Below, piece after piece: positions 42,406 to 50,080 of a DNA stretch of 50,080 nt (position 1 is the first letter of the stretch; each line of letters begins with the position of its first letter). The stretch covers positions 1 through 50,080 of the forward strand of contig CACFVT010000004.1 of assembly GCA_902569865.1 (NCBI GenBank). The letters run 5' to 3'. The notes under the pieces are model-generated. The model had not been told where the DNA came from, searched no databases, and worked only from the letters and a program-made list of their open reading frames with translations. The stretch comes from an uncultured Alphaproteobacteria bacterium (GTDB lineage: Bacteria; Pseudomonadota; Alphaproteobacteria; HIMB59; GCA-002718135). A program made the position numbers and the translations under genes.

Positions 42406-43181
42406 TGTTGCCATCGACAATAAATATTTTTGAAAAAGCAGCAAGAAAAGCTGGTAGAATACTAACACGTGATTTTGGTGAAATAGAAAATTTACAAATA
42501 CAGTCAAAAAATGTTGGTGACTTTGTTACTAGTGCTGATTTAAAAGTTGAAAAATCTTTATTAGAAACCTTAAGATATTATTATCCAAAAGTTAATTTTT
42601 TAACTGAAGAATCAGGTTATATTCAAGGTGAAGGGGAGATGATAGTTATTGATCCAATTGATGGAACTACAAACTTTATTCATGGAATTCCTCTTGTTGC
42701 CATTGTAATTGCAAAAATAGTAAACAATGAAATAACTGATGGTGTTGTTTATAATCCTATTTTAAATGAATTTTATTGGGCATCTTTAGGGCAAGGTTCA
42801 TGGTGCAACAATAAACGATTAAGAGTTTCAAAAAGACATGATTTAACAAATTGCTTGATAGGAACAGGGATTCCTTTTGGAAATAGGGTTTATAAAAACT
42901 TTTATAAAGAACTAGATAATATTTCTAAAAATTCTGCCGGAGTAAGAAGATTAGGCGCTGCTGCTTTAGATTTAGCATATGTTGCCTCTGGCAAAATTGA
43001 TGGTTTCTGGGAAAGAGATCTAAATTTATGGGATATCTCCTCCGGTGTCTTACTTGTAAAAGAGGCTGGTGGTAAAATAACAGAGCCAGATGGAAAAAAA
43101 TGGACAACAAATTCAAGAGATATAGTTGTTTCTAACTCTTTAATTCATAAGAAATTGACAGAAAATCTAACTTTACTTTAA
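42402..43181 (+). CDS. suhB: Inositol monophosphatase family protein SuhB
   Basis: RDFGE, DFVT.AD, DPIDGTTNF, RR.G.AALDL, WD. Confidence 0.93.
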   Translation: MMLPSTINIFEKAARKAGRILTRDFGEIENLQIQSKNVGDFVTSADLKVEKSLLETLRYYYPKVNFLTEESGYIQGEGEMIVIDPIDGTTNFIHGIPLVAIVIAKIVNNEITDGVVYNPILNEFYWASLGQGSWCNNKRLRVSKRHDLTNCLIGTGIPFGNRVYKNFYKELDNISKNSAGVRRLGAAALDLAYVASGKIDGFWERDLNLWDISSGVLLVKEAGGKITEPDGKKWTTNSRDIVVSNSLIHKKLTENLTLL

Positions 43182-43208
43182 AATATATTTGGCTATAAGT
43201 CTTCACAA

Positions 43209-43436
43209 ATGAAAAAAAGTATACATCCAGATTATCATGAAATAAATGTTGTAATGACTGATGGATCAACATTTAAAACAAAATCTACATGGGGCAAAGA
43301 AAACGACACACTCAAGTTGGATATTGACCCAAAGTCTCATCCTGCTTGGACTGGTGGAAAAGCAAATTTAAACGAAGCTGAAGGACAGGTAGCAAGATTT
43401 CAGAAACGTTTTAAAGGGGTAAAAATATCTAAATAA
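43209..43436 (+). CDS. rpmE: 50S ribosomal protein L31 (Cys-free type)
   Basis: MKK.IHPDYH, HPAWTG, GQVARF. Confidence 0.96.
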   Translation: MKKSIHPDYHEINVVMTDGSTFKTKSTWGKENDTLKLDIDPKSHPAWTGGKANLNEAEGQVARFQKRFKGVKISK

Positions 43437-43625
43437 TTATTTAAAATATTTTTTGGCTTCATTTATAGAGCTTTCTTTTAGATTAATTTCCTCTTTAACT
43501 CTTTTAATTTCTTCCTGAAGTTCAAATATATATTGTTTTAAATTTTCTATACTCAAATCCTCTAAATTAAGGCTTTTTATAGTCTTTTCCTTTTCATTAA
43601 TTTCTAAAAAATCTGTCATAAGCAA
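43437..43625 (-). CDS. DUF1192-like small coiled-coil protein
   Basis: L..LS.E.L..YI..L..EI.R...A...F pattern; convergent with rpmE as in other Alphaproteobacteria. Confidence 0.75.
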   Translation of the reverse strand: MLMTDFLEINEKEKTIKSLNLEDLSIENLKQYIFELQEEIKRVKEEINLKESSINEAKKYFK

Positions 43626-43689
43626 TTATTTTATATTAAATTGATAGGAATATATTTATAAGAGTTTTTTTTTTATAAAAGGATAAAAT

Positions 43690-44277
43690 ATGAAATTACC
43701 ACTTATGCCAAAAGCAACAGCAATATGGCTGATAGACAATACTTCACTTAGTTTTGATCAAATATCTGAATTTTGCGGCCTTCATGAATTAGAAGTTCAA
43801 GGAATAGCAGATGGTGAGGTTGCTGTAGGTATGCGTGGTTATGATCCAGTTGATAATAAACAACTAACAAAAGAAGAGATAGTAAGATGTGAAAGTGATC
43901 CTAAAGCTAGATTAAAATTAATTTCTTCAGAGGTAATTGACTCACTTCCTCCAAGAAAAAAGGACTCTAAATATACTCCATTATCATTGAGGCAAGAAAA
44001 GCCATATGCAATATTTTGGCTAATTAAAAGATATCCTGATGATGAATTAAGTAGCTCACAAATTGCAAAGCTAACTGGATCTACTAAAAATACAGTTGAA
44101 GCAATTCGTAATGGAACTTTTAGAGAAGCAATACTTGAAGCAAAAAGCCCAATGGACACAGGCCTTTGCACATTTCAAGATCTTGAAAAAGCCCTTAACC
44201 GTGCTAAAAATAAAAAAGATAGGCAAGAGGCTGCAGAGGCTAAAGCAAAATTATTAGCTGAAACTGAATCTAATTAA
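43690..44277 (+). CDS. trcR: DUF1013 family / cell-cycle transcription factor TrcR
   Basis: PLMPKATA.WL.DNT.L.F.QI..FC.LH.LEV..IADG, YTP.S.RQ.KP. Confidence 0.88.
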   Translation: MKLPLMPKATAIWLIDNTSLSFDQISEFCGLHELEVQGIADGEVAVGMRGYDPVDNKQLTKEEIVRCESDPKARLKLISSEVIDSLPPRKKDSKYTPLSLRQEKPYAIFWLIKRYPDDELSSSQIAKLTGSTKNTVEAIRNGTFREAILEAKSPMDTGLCTFQDLEKALNRAKNKKDRQEAAEAKAKLLAETESN

Positions 44278-44788
44278 ATTTTACTTTCAATAAATAATTT
44301 AAATAAAAAAACATTAAAAATAGCCAAAAAGTCGTCATTAAAATAAAAAAGAGTAATAATTGATTGATATCAATTAGGCCAAGTGGACTACCTGAATAAT
44401 AAGTTAATGGACCTAAAACTGCGCTGAGTAAAAGAGCTATTAATTTATATTTTGATAAAAAAACAAATACTTCATCAAATAAAGATGCAAAACTTGGCCA
44501 TAGAACAACCATCCATATAGGCAACCATCCAAAATATAAAGATGACTCAAAATTATATATTTTAAAATGTACTAAGATTGAGTCAAATAAATATCCAACT
44601 ACTGAAATTGAAAATACTATAAATGTAAATTTCAATTTATTTTGTGAATTTGTAAAAGCTAAAAATAAAAAAATTAGACCACAAATTAAGCCTAGTAAAA
44701 AACTTTTATACAAAATTTCACCAAAAACACACATGAGCCATGTTAATTGATAACCAGAGAGCATAAAAAAGATTTTTATTTTGCTCAT
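44270..44788 (-). CDS. DUF2878 membrane protein
   Basis: YQ..W..CV, P.W...LW..FA, GPL.Y..G; typical cfa-cluster member. Confidence 0.8.
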   Translation of the reverse strand: MSKIKIFFMLSGYQLTWLMCVFGEILYKSFLLGLICGLIFLFLAFTNSQNKLKFTFIVFSISVVGYLFDSILVHFKIYNFESSLYFGWLPIWMVVLWPSFASLFDEVFVFLSKYKLIALLLSAVLGPLTYYSGSPLGLIDINQLLLFFILMTTFWLFLMFFYLNYLLKVKFN

Positions 44789-45975
44789 TTGGTAATAAGA
44801 AAATGAGAGACATCCGTTGACTGACTTATGAAGCCTGTTTCACAGTAAGCTAAATAAAACTCCCACATTCTTTTAAACCTATCATTAAATCCAAGCTTAA
44901 CTAGTTCATTCCATGAACTTTGAAATTGTTTATTCCAAAGACTTAGAGTTTTAGCATATGATAATCCAAAACTTTTTATTTCTTTAAAATCAAGACCTAC
45001 TTTGTTATTTATTTCTAAAAGTTCTTTTTTAGTTGGAAGCATTCCACCGGGGAAAATATACTGTTGAATAAAATCTGGTTGATTTTGATAATTTAAAGAT
45101 CTTTTTTCATCTATTGTAATAATTTGCAATGCTGCTTTGCCAGAAATTAATAAAGAGTTGCTAACAATATCAAAGTACTTTTCCCAATATTTTTTTCCTA
45201 CAGCTTCAAACATTTCTATAGAGGCTATATTGGAGTATTGAGTATCAATATCTCTATAATCCTTAAATTTAATTGATACTTTTTCTCCCAAACCCTCTTT
45301 TTGAATTTTATTTGACGCATATTCATATTGCTCCTTAGATATAGTAATTGCATCAATATTAGATTTAAAGTTTTTTGCGGCATATGAGGAAAATCCCCCC
45401 CAGCCACAACCTATTTCAAGGACTTTAGAATTCTCATTTAAATTGAGTGATTCTGCTATTTTATGATATTTATTTAATTGGGCATCAAATAAATTTTGAT
45501 TTTCTTTTTCAAAATATGCTGAAGAGTAAGTCATGCTTCTGTCTAGCCACTTTGTATAAAAATTATTACCTAGATCATAATGATACTGAATATTTTTTTT
45601 ACTTTGAGACTTTGTGTTTTCATTAAGAAAATGTTTAAATTTAGAATAAATGTTAAAAAAAATATTTGATTTTAAATTTACTAAGAAATGATTTTCATTT
45701 CTAAATGCTAGCAATAATAAATTAGTTAAATTAGAAGAACTAAAATCACCGTCCATGTATGACTCTGCAAATCCAACTGATTTTCTCTTTAAAATTTTAG
45801 AAATAAATTTGTAATTATTTATAGTTAAATCTGCTTTATGCGCACTGTTAATACCTGTAAATGATTGCATAGAGCCAGAGGGAAAAGTTACTGATAATTC
45901 TCCATATTTAATTTTTGAAAGAAATTTTTGCGCAACAATTTCAAATGGTGGTTTAAATTTATTATATAAATGCAT
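44785..45975 (-). CDS. Cyclopropane-fatty-acyl synthase-family SAM methyltransferase (UfaM/CfaS-like)
   Basis: GFAESYMDG, NI..HYDLGN.FY, MTYSSA, LEIGCGWG, SIEMFEAVG, YIFPGG, YLAYCE.GF. Confidence 0.92.
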   Translation of the reverse strand: MHLYNKFKPPFEIVAQKFLSKIKYGELSVTFPSGSMQSFTGINSAHKADLTINNYKFISKILKRKSVGFAESYMDGDFSSSNLTNLLLLAFRNENHFLVNLKSNIFFNIYSKFKHFLNENTKSQSKKNIQYHYDLGNNFYTKWLDRSMTYSSAYFEKENQNLFDAQLNKYHKIAESLNLNENSKVLEIGCGWGGFSSYAAKNFKSNIDAITISKEQYEYASNKIQKEGLGEKVSIKFKDYRDIDTQYSNIASIEMFEAVGKKYWEKYFDIVSNSLLISGKAALQIITIDEKRSLNYQNQPDFIQQYIFPGGMLPTKKELLEINNKVGLDFKEIKSFGLSYAKTLSLWNKQFQSSWNELVKLGFNDRFKRMWEFYLAYCETGFISQSTDVSHFLITK

Positions 45976-46748
45976 TAAAAACTTCCTTCAAATGATATGG
46001 TATCTTTTGGTTTTTTCTTTCTAGCATAATATTTCCCACCTTTAAAAAAAATTATTATAGCCTCAAACAAAATGGCAGAAATTATTTTAAAACCAAATAG
46101 TGGGTTTAAAAGATTATATTTTAATAATTTAGATACTTTGAAATCTATAAATTTGCCTGATTGTGAAGCCATAAGTATTTTTTTATTATTACTATCATAT
46201 AGATCTATAATAATATTTATATAGTCATTGGTTAGTTTATTTGTAAATAAATACTTACCCTTCATTCCAATAAAAGGAGAAACATAAAAATTTTTTTGAC
46301 ATTCATGAGTTAAGGCTTTTAAAATTTTACTATGCCCTCTTGCAAATATATAAGTATGCTGTTCATTGGAGGTGTTTTTAACTTCATAAAATATTGAGAT
46401 TAATTTATCTTCATCATAACAATAAATAATTGAAAGAGGATTAAAAACATATCCAAAAATTCTTGGAAAACAAAGTATTTTAATTTTTAAATTCCTATAC
46501 TTTACATCATAGTTTTGTAACATTTCAATTATAAATTCTTTAATCGATCTTTCATCTCTATATCCATGATCTTTTTCATTAAAAGAAAATATATTGAATG
46601 AATTTACTGAAAAAATTTTTGATTTTGATTGTATCATTTCTAGCTCATCAAGATCTATAAATAAACTTGGTACTTTATATTTAAAAAAATGCTTAATGTT
46701 TCCATAACGTTTATGAACTATTGAAGAAACTATAATCTTTGTGTTCAT
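45975..46748 (-). CDS. DUF1365 protein (UfaO-like)
   Basis: H.R, PRIFGYVFNPLS, YEV.NT, K.FYVSPF. Confidence 0.9.
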   Translation of the reverse strand: MNTKIIVSSIVHKRYGNIKHFFKYKVPSLFIDLDELEMIQSKSKIFSVNSFNIFSFNEKDHGYRDERSIKEFIIEMLQNYDVKYRNLKIKILCFPRIFGYVFNPLSIIYCYDEDKLISIFYEVKNTSNEQHTYIFARGHSKILKALTHECQKNFYVSPFIGMKGKYLFTNKLTNDYINIIIDLYDSNNKKILMASQSGKFIDFKVSKLLKYNLLNPLFGFKIISAILFEAIIIFFKGGKYYARKKKPKDTISFEGSF

Positions 46749-46753
46749 TTGAT

Positions 46754-48049
46754 TTAATATAATAGTCTATTATAAAAGTTATTATCTCTTTTCCAAGGGA
46801 TATCAACATTCAACATTTTTGCAATATAGGCAGCTGATTGAATTCCATCTTCATGAAATCCATATCCATGATAGGCTCCACAAAAGAATGTATTATTAAC
46901 TCCTTGTAAATATTTTAATTTTTTTTGAGACTTCATTGTTTGTAAATTAAATTTTGGATGTGTAAAAGATACCTCATTATGTATAGTTTTTGGGATCTTG
47001 TCAGGATTAATAGTTACAAAATATTCTTTTTTAGTTTTTAATTTTTGTAGGTTATTCATCCAATAAGTTAATGTAAAGTTTATATCTTCCTTTTTGCTTT
47101 TAATAAAATTCCAACTAGACCATGTTTTTTTATTTTTGGGCATTATTGATCTGTCTGAGTGAAGATATGCTCTATTCATAGTATACTCAAACTCTGATAA
47201 GATTTTTTTTTCATCATTTGTAGGGTTGTCAATTATTGTTAAAGCTTGATCTGCATGAGTGGCAATAACAAGATAATCGAATGAAATCTCTTCACCATTT
47301 TTAATTATTTTTACATAATTATCAGATCTGACTATCTTATTTATTTTTGTATTAAGAGTATAATTAAATTTTTTCAGATTTAAAATTTTTTTGATGTATG
47401 AATTACTACCTCCTTGAACATATTTCCACTGAGGTCTATATTTGAAATTAAATAAGTCATGATTATTAAAAAAGTTTAAAAACAACTTTAGAGGAAAATT
47501 TTTTACATCGTTTTGATTCATAGACCAAATTGATGATATTAAAGGATAAATATGAAGTTTTTTTAAATATGAAGAAAAATTATTACTATTAAGAAAGTCT
47601 TCGATAGTAAAATTATTTTTAATATTTTCTAATTTTAAATTTCTACATAATTTATAGAAAAGATAAATTTCATAAATCATTTTTAAATAACTAATATTAA
47701 AAATATTTTTATATTGTGCAAATAAGGATTTAAGATTTTTTCCACCGTACTCAATATTATAATTAATATCTGACACAGCAAATGACATATCTGAATTCAT
47801 TGTTTGAACATTTAAATGATCAAAAAATTTAATTAAATCTGGATAATTTTTATCATTAAAAACAATAAAACCTGTATCTATAGAAATATTATTATCTGTT
47901 TTTACTTTTATAGTCCTTGTATGACCACCTAAATATTTATTTTGTTCAAATAGATGAACATCATATTTTGATGATAGAAAATAAGATGCACTAATTCCAG
48001 CAATACCTGATCCAATTACAGCAATTTTTTTTTTAGAAACTTTATTCAC
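46754..48049 (-). CDS. FAD-dependent amine-oxidase-family oxidoreductase (UfaD-like)
   Basis: GSGIAG, GGH, DTGFIVFN..NYP, SDMSF, TYWMN.LQ, GAY.GYGFHEDG. Confidence 0.9.
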   Translation of the reverse strand: MNKVSKKKIAVIGSGIAGISASYFLSSKYDVHLFEQNKYLGGHTRTIKVKTDNNISIDTGFIVFNDKNYPDLIKFFDHLNVQTMNSDMSFAVSDINYNIEYGGKNLKSLFAQYKNIFNISYLKMIYEIYLFYKLCRNLKLENIKNNFTIEDFLNSNNFSSYLKKLHIYPLISSIWSMNQNDVKNFPLKLFLNFFNNHDLFNFKYRPQWKYVQGGSNSYIKKILNLKKFNYTLNTKINKIVRSDNYVKIIKNGEEISFDYLVIATHADQALTIIDNPTNDEKKILSEFEYTMNRAYLHSDRSIMPKNKKTWSSWNFIKSKKEDINFTLTYWMNNLQKLKTKKEYFVTINPDKIPKTIHNEVSFTHPKFNLQTMKSQKKLKYLQGVNNTFFCGAYHGYGFHEDGIQSAAYIAKMLNVDIPWKRDNNFYNRLLY

Positions 48050-49466
48050 TTATTTTTTTAAAAGCAGCCAAAGCTCTTTTTCTTGTTTCATTTAAATCAA
48101 TGATTGGTTTTGGATAATCTCTTCCTAAAATAAAATTATATCTTTCTTGTTCTCCATCTGTCATTTCCCATGGGGAATGAATAAATTTTTCAGGGATTTT
48201 ATCTAACGAAGGTAAAAATTTTTTTACATATTGTCCTTTAGGATCAAATTTTTTACCCTGTAATATAGGATTAAAAATCCTAAAGTATGGGCTGGCATCT
48301 GCCCCACTACCTGCAATCCATTGCCATCCTGCTGAATTGGATCCAATATCTGCATCAACTAATGTATCAAAAAACCACCTTTCCCCTTCTTTCCAATGAA
48401 TTAAAAGATTTTTTGTCAAAAAGGAGCCAACAATCATTCTTACTCTATTATGCATCCAGCCCATTTCATATAGCTCTTTCATTCCTGCATCAACAATTGG
48501 AATTCCAGTTTTTCCTAATTTCCAAGTATGTAAATTTTTTTTATCTCTTAACCATGGAAATTTTTTAAATTTTGATTGGATTGGAAACTCAGTCATTGCA
48601 GGATAATTAAACAAAAGATTATATGAAAAATCTCTCCACCCAATTTCTGACAAATATTTCTTTTTATTATTTTCGTCTATATTAGATTTCATTACTTCAT
48701 TAAAAATTCTTAATGGAGAAATTTCTCCATAATGTAAGTGTGGAGAAATTTTTGATGTAAAATCACTATCAGGCCTATCTCTGCCAGTGCTATAATTAAA
48801 TAATTTGTTGTTTATAAATTTTTTAAGTTTTAACTTAGCTGCATTTTCACCTATATCCCAATACGAGAGTATTCTATTCATCCATTCTTTTTTAGGCATA
48901 TTTAATTGTAATTCCTTTATTTTTAAAACAGAGTTAATATTTTTTTTATAAAAATTATATTTACTTGATGAACTTAGAGATAATTTTTTATTTATAAGTA
49001 TCTCAAAGTTTGTTTTCCAAAAAGGTGTAAAAACTTTAAAAAAATTTCCAGATTTATTTTTTACTTCCCATGGTTCTGATAATAAATAACCATTGAAGGT
49101 ATTACAAACAATAGATTTTTTATTCAAAGAAGATTTTATTTCTTTATCTCTTATAATTGAATATTTGTCATATAGTCTATTCCAGCTGAAGTGTGAAATA
49201 TTTTTATCTTCAATAATTCTATGTATGATTTTTTTTGAATTCCCTTTAAAAACATAGAGCTTACTATCAAGTTTAGCTAACTCGTTATCTAAACACTCTA
49301 ATGATTTTTCTAACCAACATTTAGATGCATGCCCTATTTCAATATTTTCTTCATAAATATAAATAGGTATAATTTTATCAACTTCCTTAGAGAGTTCATA
49401 AAGTGCAGGATTATCATTTAGTCGCAAATCTAATCTAAACCAGTGAATTCCTATTCTATCCGTCAT
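48042..49466 (-). CDS. phrB: Deoxyribodipyrimidine (CPD) photolyase
   Basis: WFR.DLRL.DNPAL, S.ISPHL.YGEIS, WMHNRVRM, GWQWIAGSGADASPYFRIFNP. Confidence 0.95.
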   Translation of the reverse strand: MTDRIGIHWFRLDLRLNDNPALYELSKEVDKIIPIYIYEENIEIGHASKCWLEKSLECLDNELAKLDSKLYVFKGNSKKIIHRIIEDKNISHFSWNRLYDKYSIIRDKEIKSSLNKKSIVCNTFNGYLLSEPWEVKNKSGNFFKVFTPFWKTNFEILINKKLSLSSSSKYNFYKKNINSVLKIKELQLNMPKKEWMNRILSYWDIGENAAKLKLKKFINNKLFNYSTGRDRPDSDFTSKISPHLHYGEISPLRIFNEVMKSNIDENNKKKYLSEIGWRDFSYNLLFNYPAMTEFPIQSKFKKFPWLRDKKNLHTWKLGKTGIPIVDAGMKELYEMGWMHNRVRMIVGSFLTKNLLIHWKEGERWFFDTLVDADIGSNSAGWQWIAGSGADASPYFRIFNPILQGKKFDPKGQYVKKFLPSLDKIPEKFIHSPWEMTDGEQERYNFILGRDYPKPIIDLNETRKRALAAFKKISE

Positions 49467-49508
49467 AGGTACAAAGGTAGGTTATAAAATTTATAAAAAA
49501 AGGTAATT

Positions 49509-49703
49509 TTACTTACTATGTGGAGGCATTTTTTTTTCAACAAACCATACATGCTTCTTAAGAACTGGGTCATATTTTTTCAATCTTAATTTATCTGCAA
49601 CTTTCATACCTTTTGTTGGTTTTCTAACAATATATTTTGTTCCTGTTTTAGGGTTTTCTTCAGGTATAAGTTGCTTTAAAGCATATGATGTTTTTTTTGC
49701 CAT
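49509..49703 (-). CDS. rpmG: 50S ribosomal protein L33 (divergent, Cys-free)
   Basis: TG..Y...K, KL.LKKYDPV.KKHV.F.E; GGAG SD upstream. Confidence 0.88.
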   Translation of the reverse strand: MAKKTSYALKQLIPEENPKTGTKYIVRKPTKGMKVADKLRLKKYDPVLKKHVWFVEKKMPPHSK

Positions 49704-49744
49704 TTCGCTCCTATATATTAAAAAATATCTAAATAAAGTATTTT

Positions 49745-50080
49745 TTAGAGATCATTAACTGTTTGCTTAATATAAGGACTGTACAAACCTTTTTTCTTTG
49801 CGATTGATATTTGCTTATTTCTATCAATTAAACTCTTTTTCTTAGACTCACTTATTTGACCATAGCAATTAGGACATGAAACACCCTTTATGAATTTTTT
49901 AGATTTGAGTTGATCTTGAGATAAGGGATATCTACACGCATGACAAAGCTCATAAGTTCCATCTTGTAGTTCATTTTTTACTGAAACCCTATTATCAAAA
50001 ACAAAGCATTCTCCATTCCATAATGAATTTTTGTAAGTTGTTTTTTCCAAATAACTCAAAATACCACCATGAAGTTGATT
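49745..50080 (-). CDS. trhO: Rhodanese-related tRNA U34 hydroxylase TrhO (YceA), C-terminal part; starts beyond window
   Basis: Frame open to window end: [32 protein letters not shown]. Confidence 0.85.
   Translation of the reverse strand, partial: NQLHGGILSYLEKTTYKNSLWNGECFVFDNRVSVKNELQDGTYELCHACRYPLSQDQLKSKKFIKGVSCPNCYGQISESKKKSLIDRNKQISIAKKKGLYSPYIKQTVNDL

Overview
A very AT-rich, gene-dense core-chromosome segment from a streamlined alphaproteobacterium. The divergent L33 and the gene order suggest a Pelagibacterales/SAR11-like marine lineage (inference). Contents in order: rplK'-nusG-secE-tRNA-Trp-tuf-tRNA-Gly-tRNA-Tyr, rlmB, tRNA-Thr; a two-subunit NAD-linked formate dehydrogenase of the Methylorubrum FDH1 (tungsten) type with tusA, moeA, mobB, a lone tupB, fdhD and mobA; a TSUP/TIGR02186/Usp/pyrE block; pdxH, fabI, aroC, tlyA, dxs, xseB, rluD, rpoH, purA, hisZ, glmM, ftsH; a tilS split by one extra base in an A7 run; cpoB-pal-tolB-tolA-tolR-tolQ; yebC, ymdB, ygfA, zapA, tkt, gap, efp, suhB, rpmE, trcR; a photolyase plus furan-fatty-acid-like operon; rpmG and part of trhO. 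No mobile elements, CRISPR arrays or rRNA were seen. The most striking observation is that the conserved ruvC-ruvA-ruvB-ybgC slot between yebC and tolQ is occupied by one 99-aa archaeal/phage-type Hjc-like PD-(D/E)xK nuclease, suggesting in-situ replacement of RuvABC. Other leads are an unannotated 39-aa lipoprotein, a degenerate class II aldolase-like half protein where pgk/fba usually sit, a miniature DmsC/SoeC-like membrane protein, and no room for 6S RNA at its usual locus.
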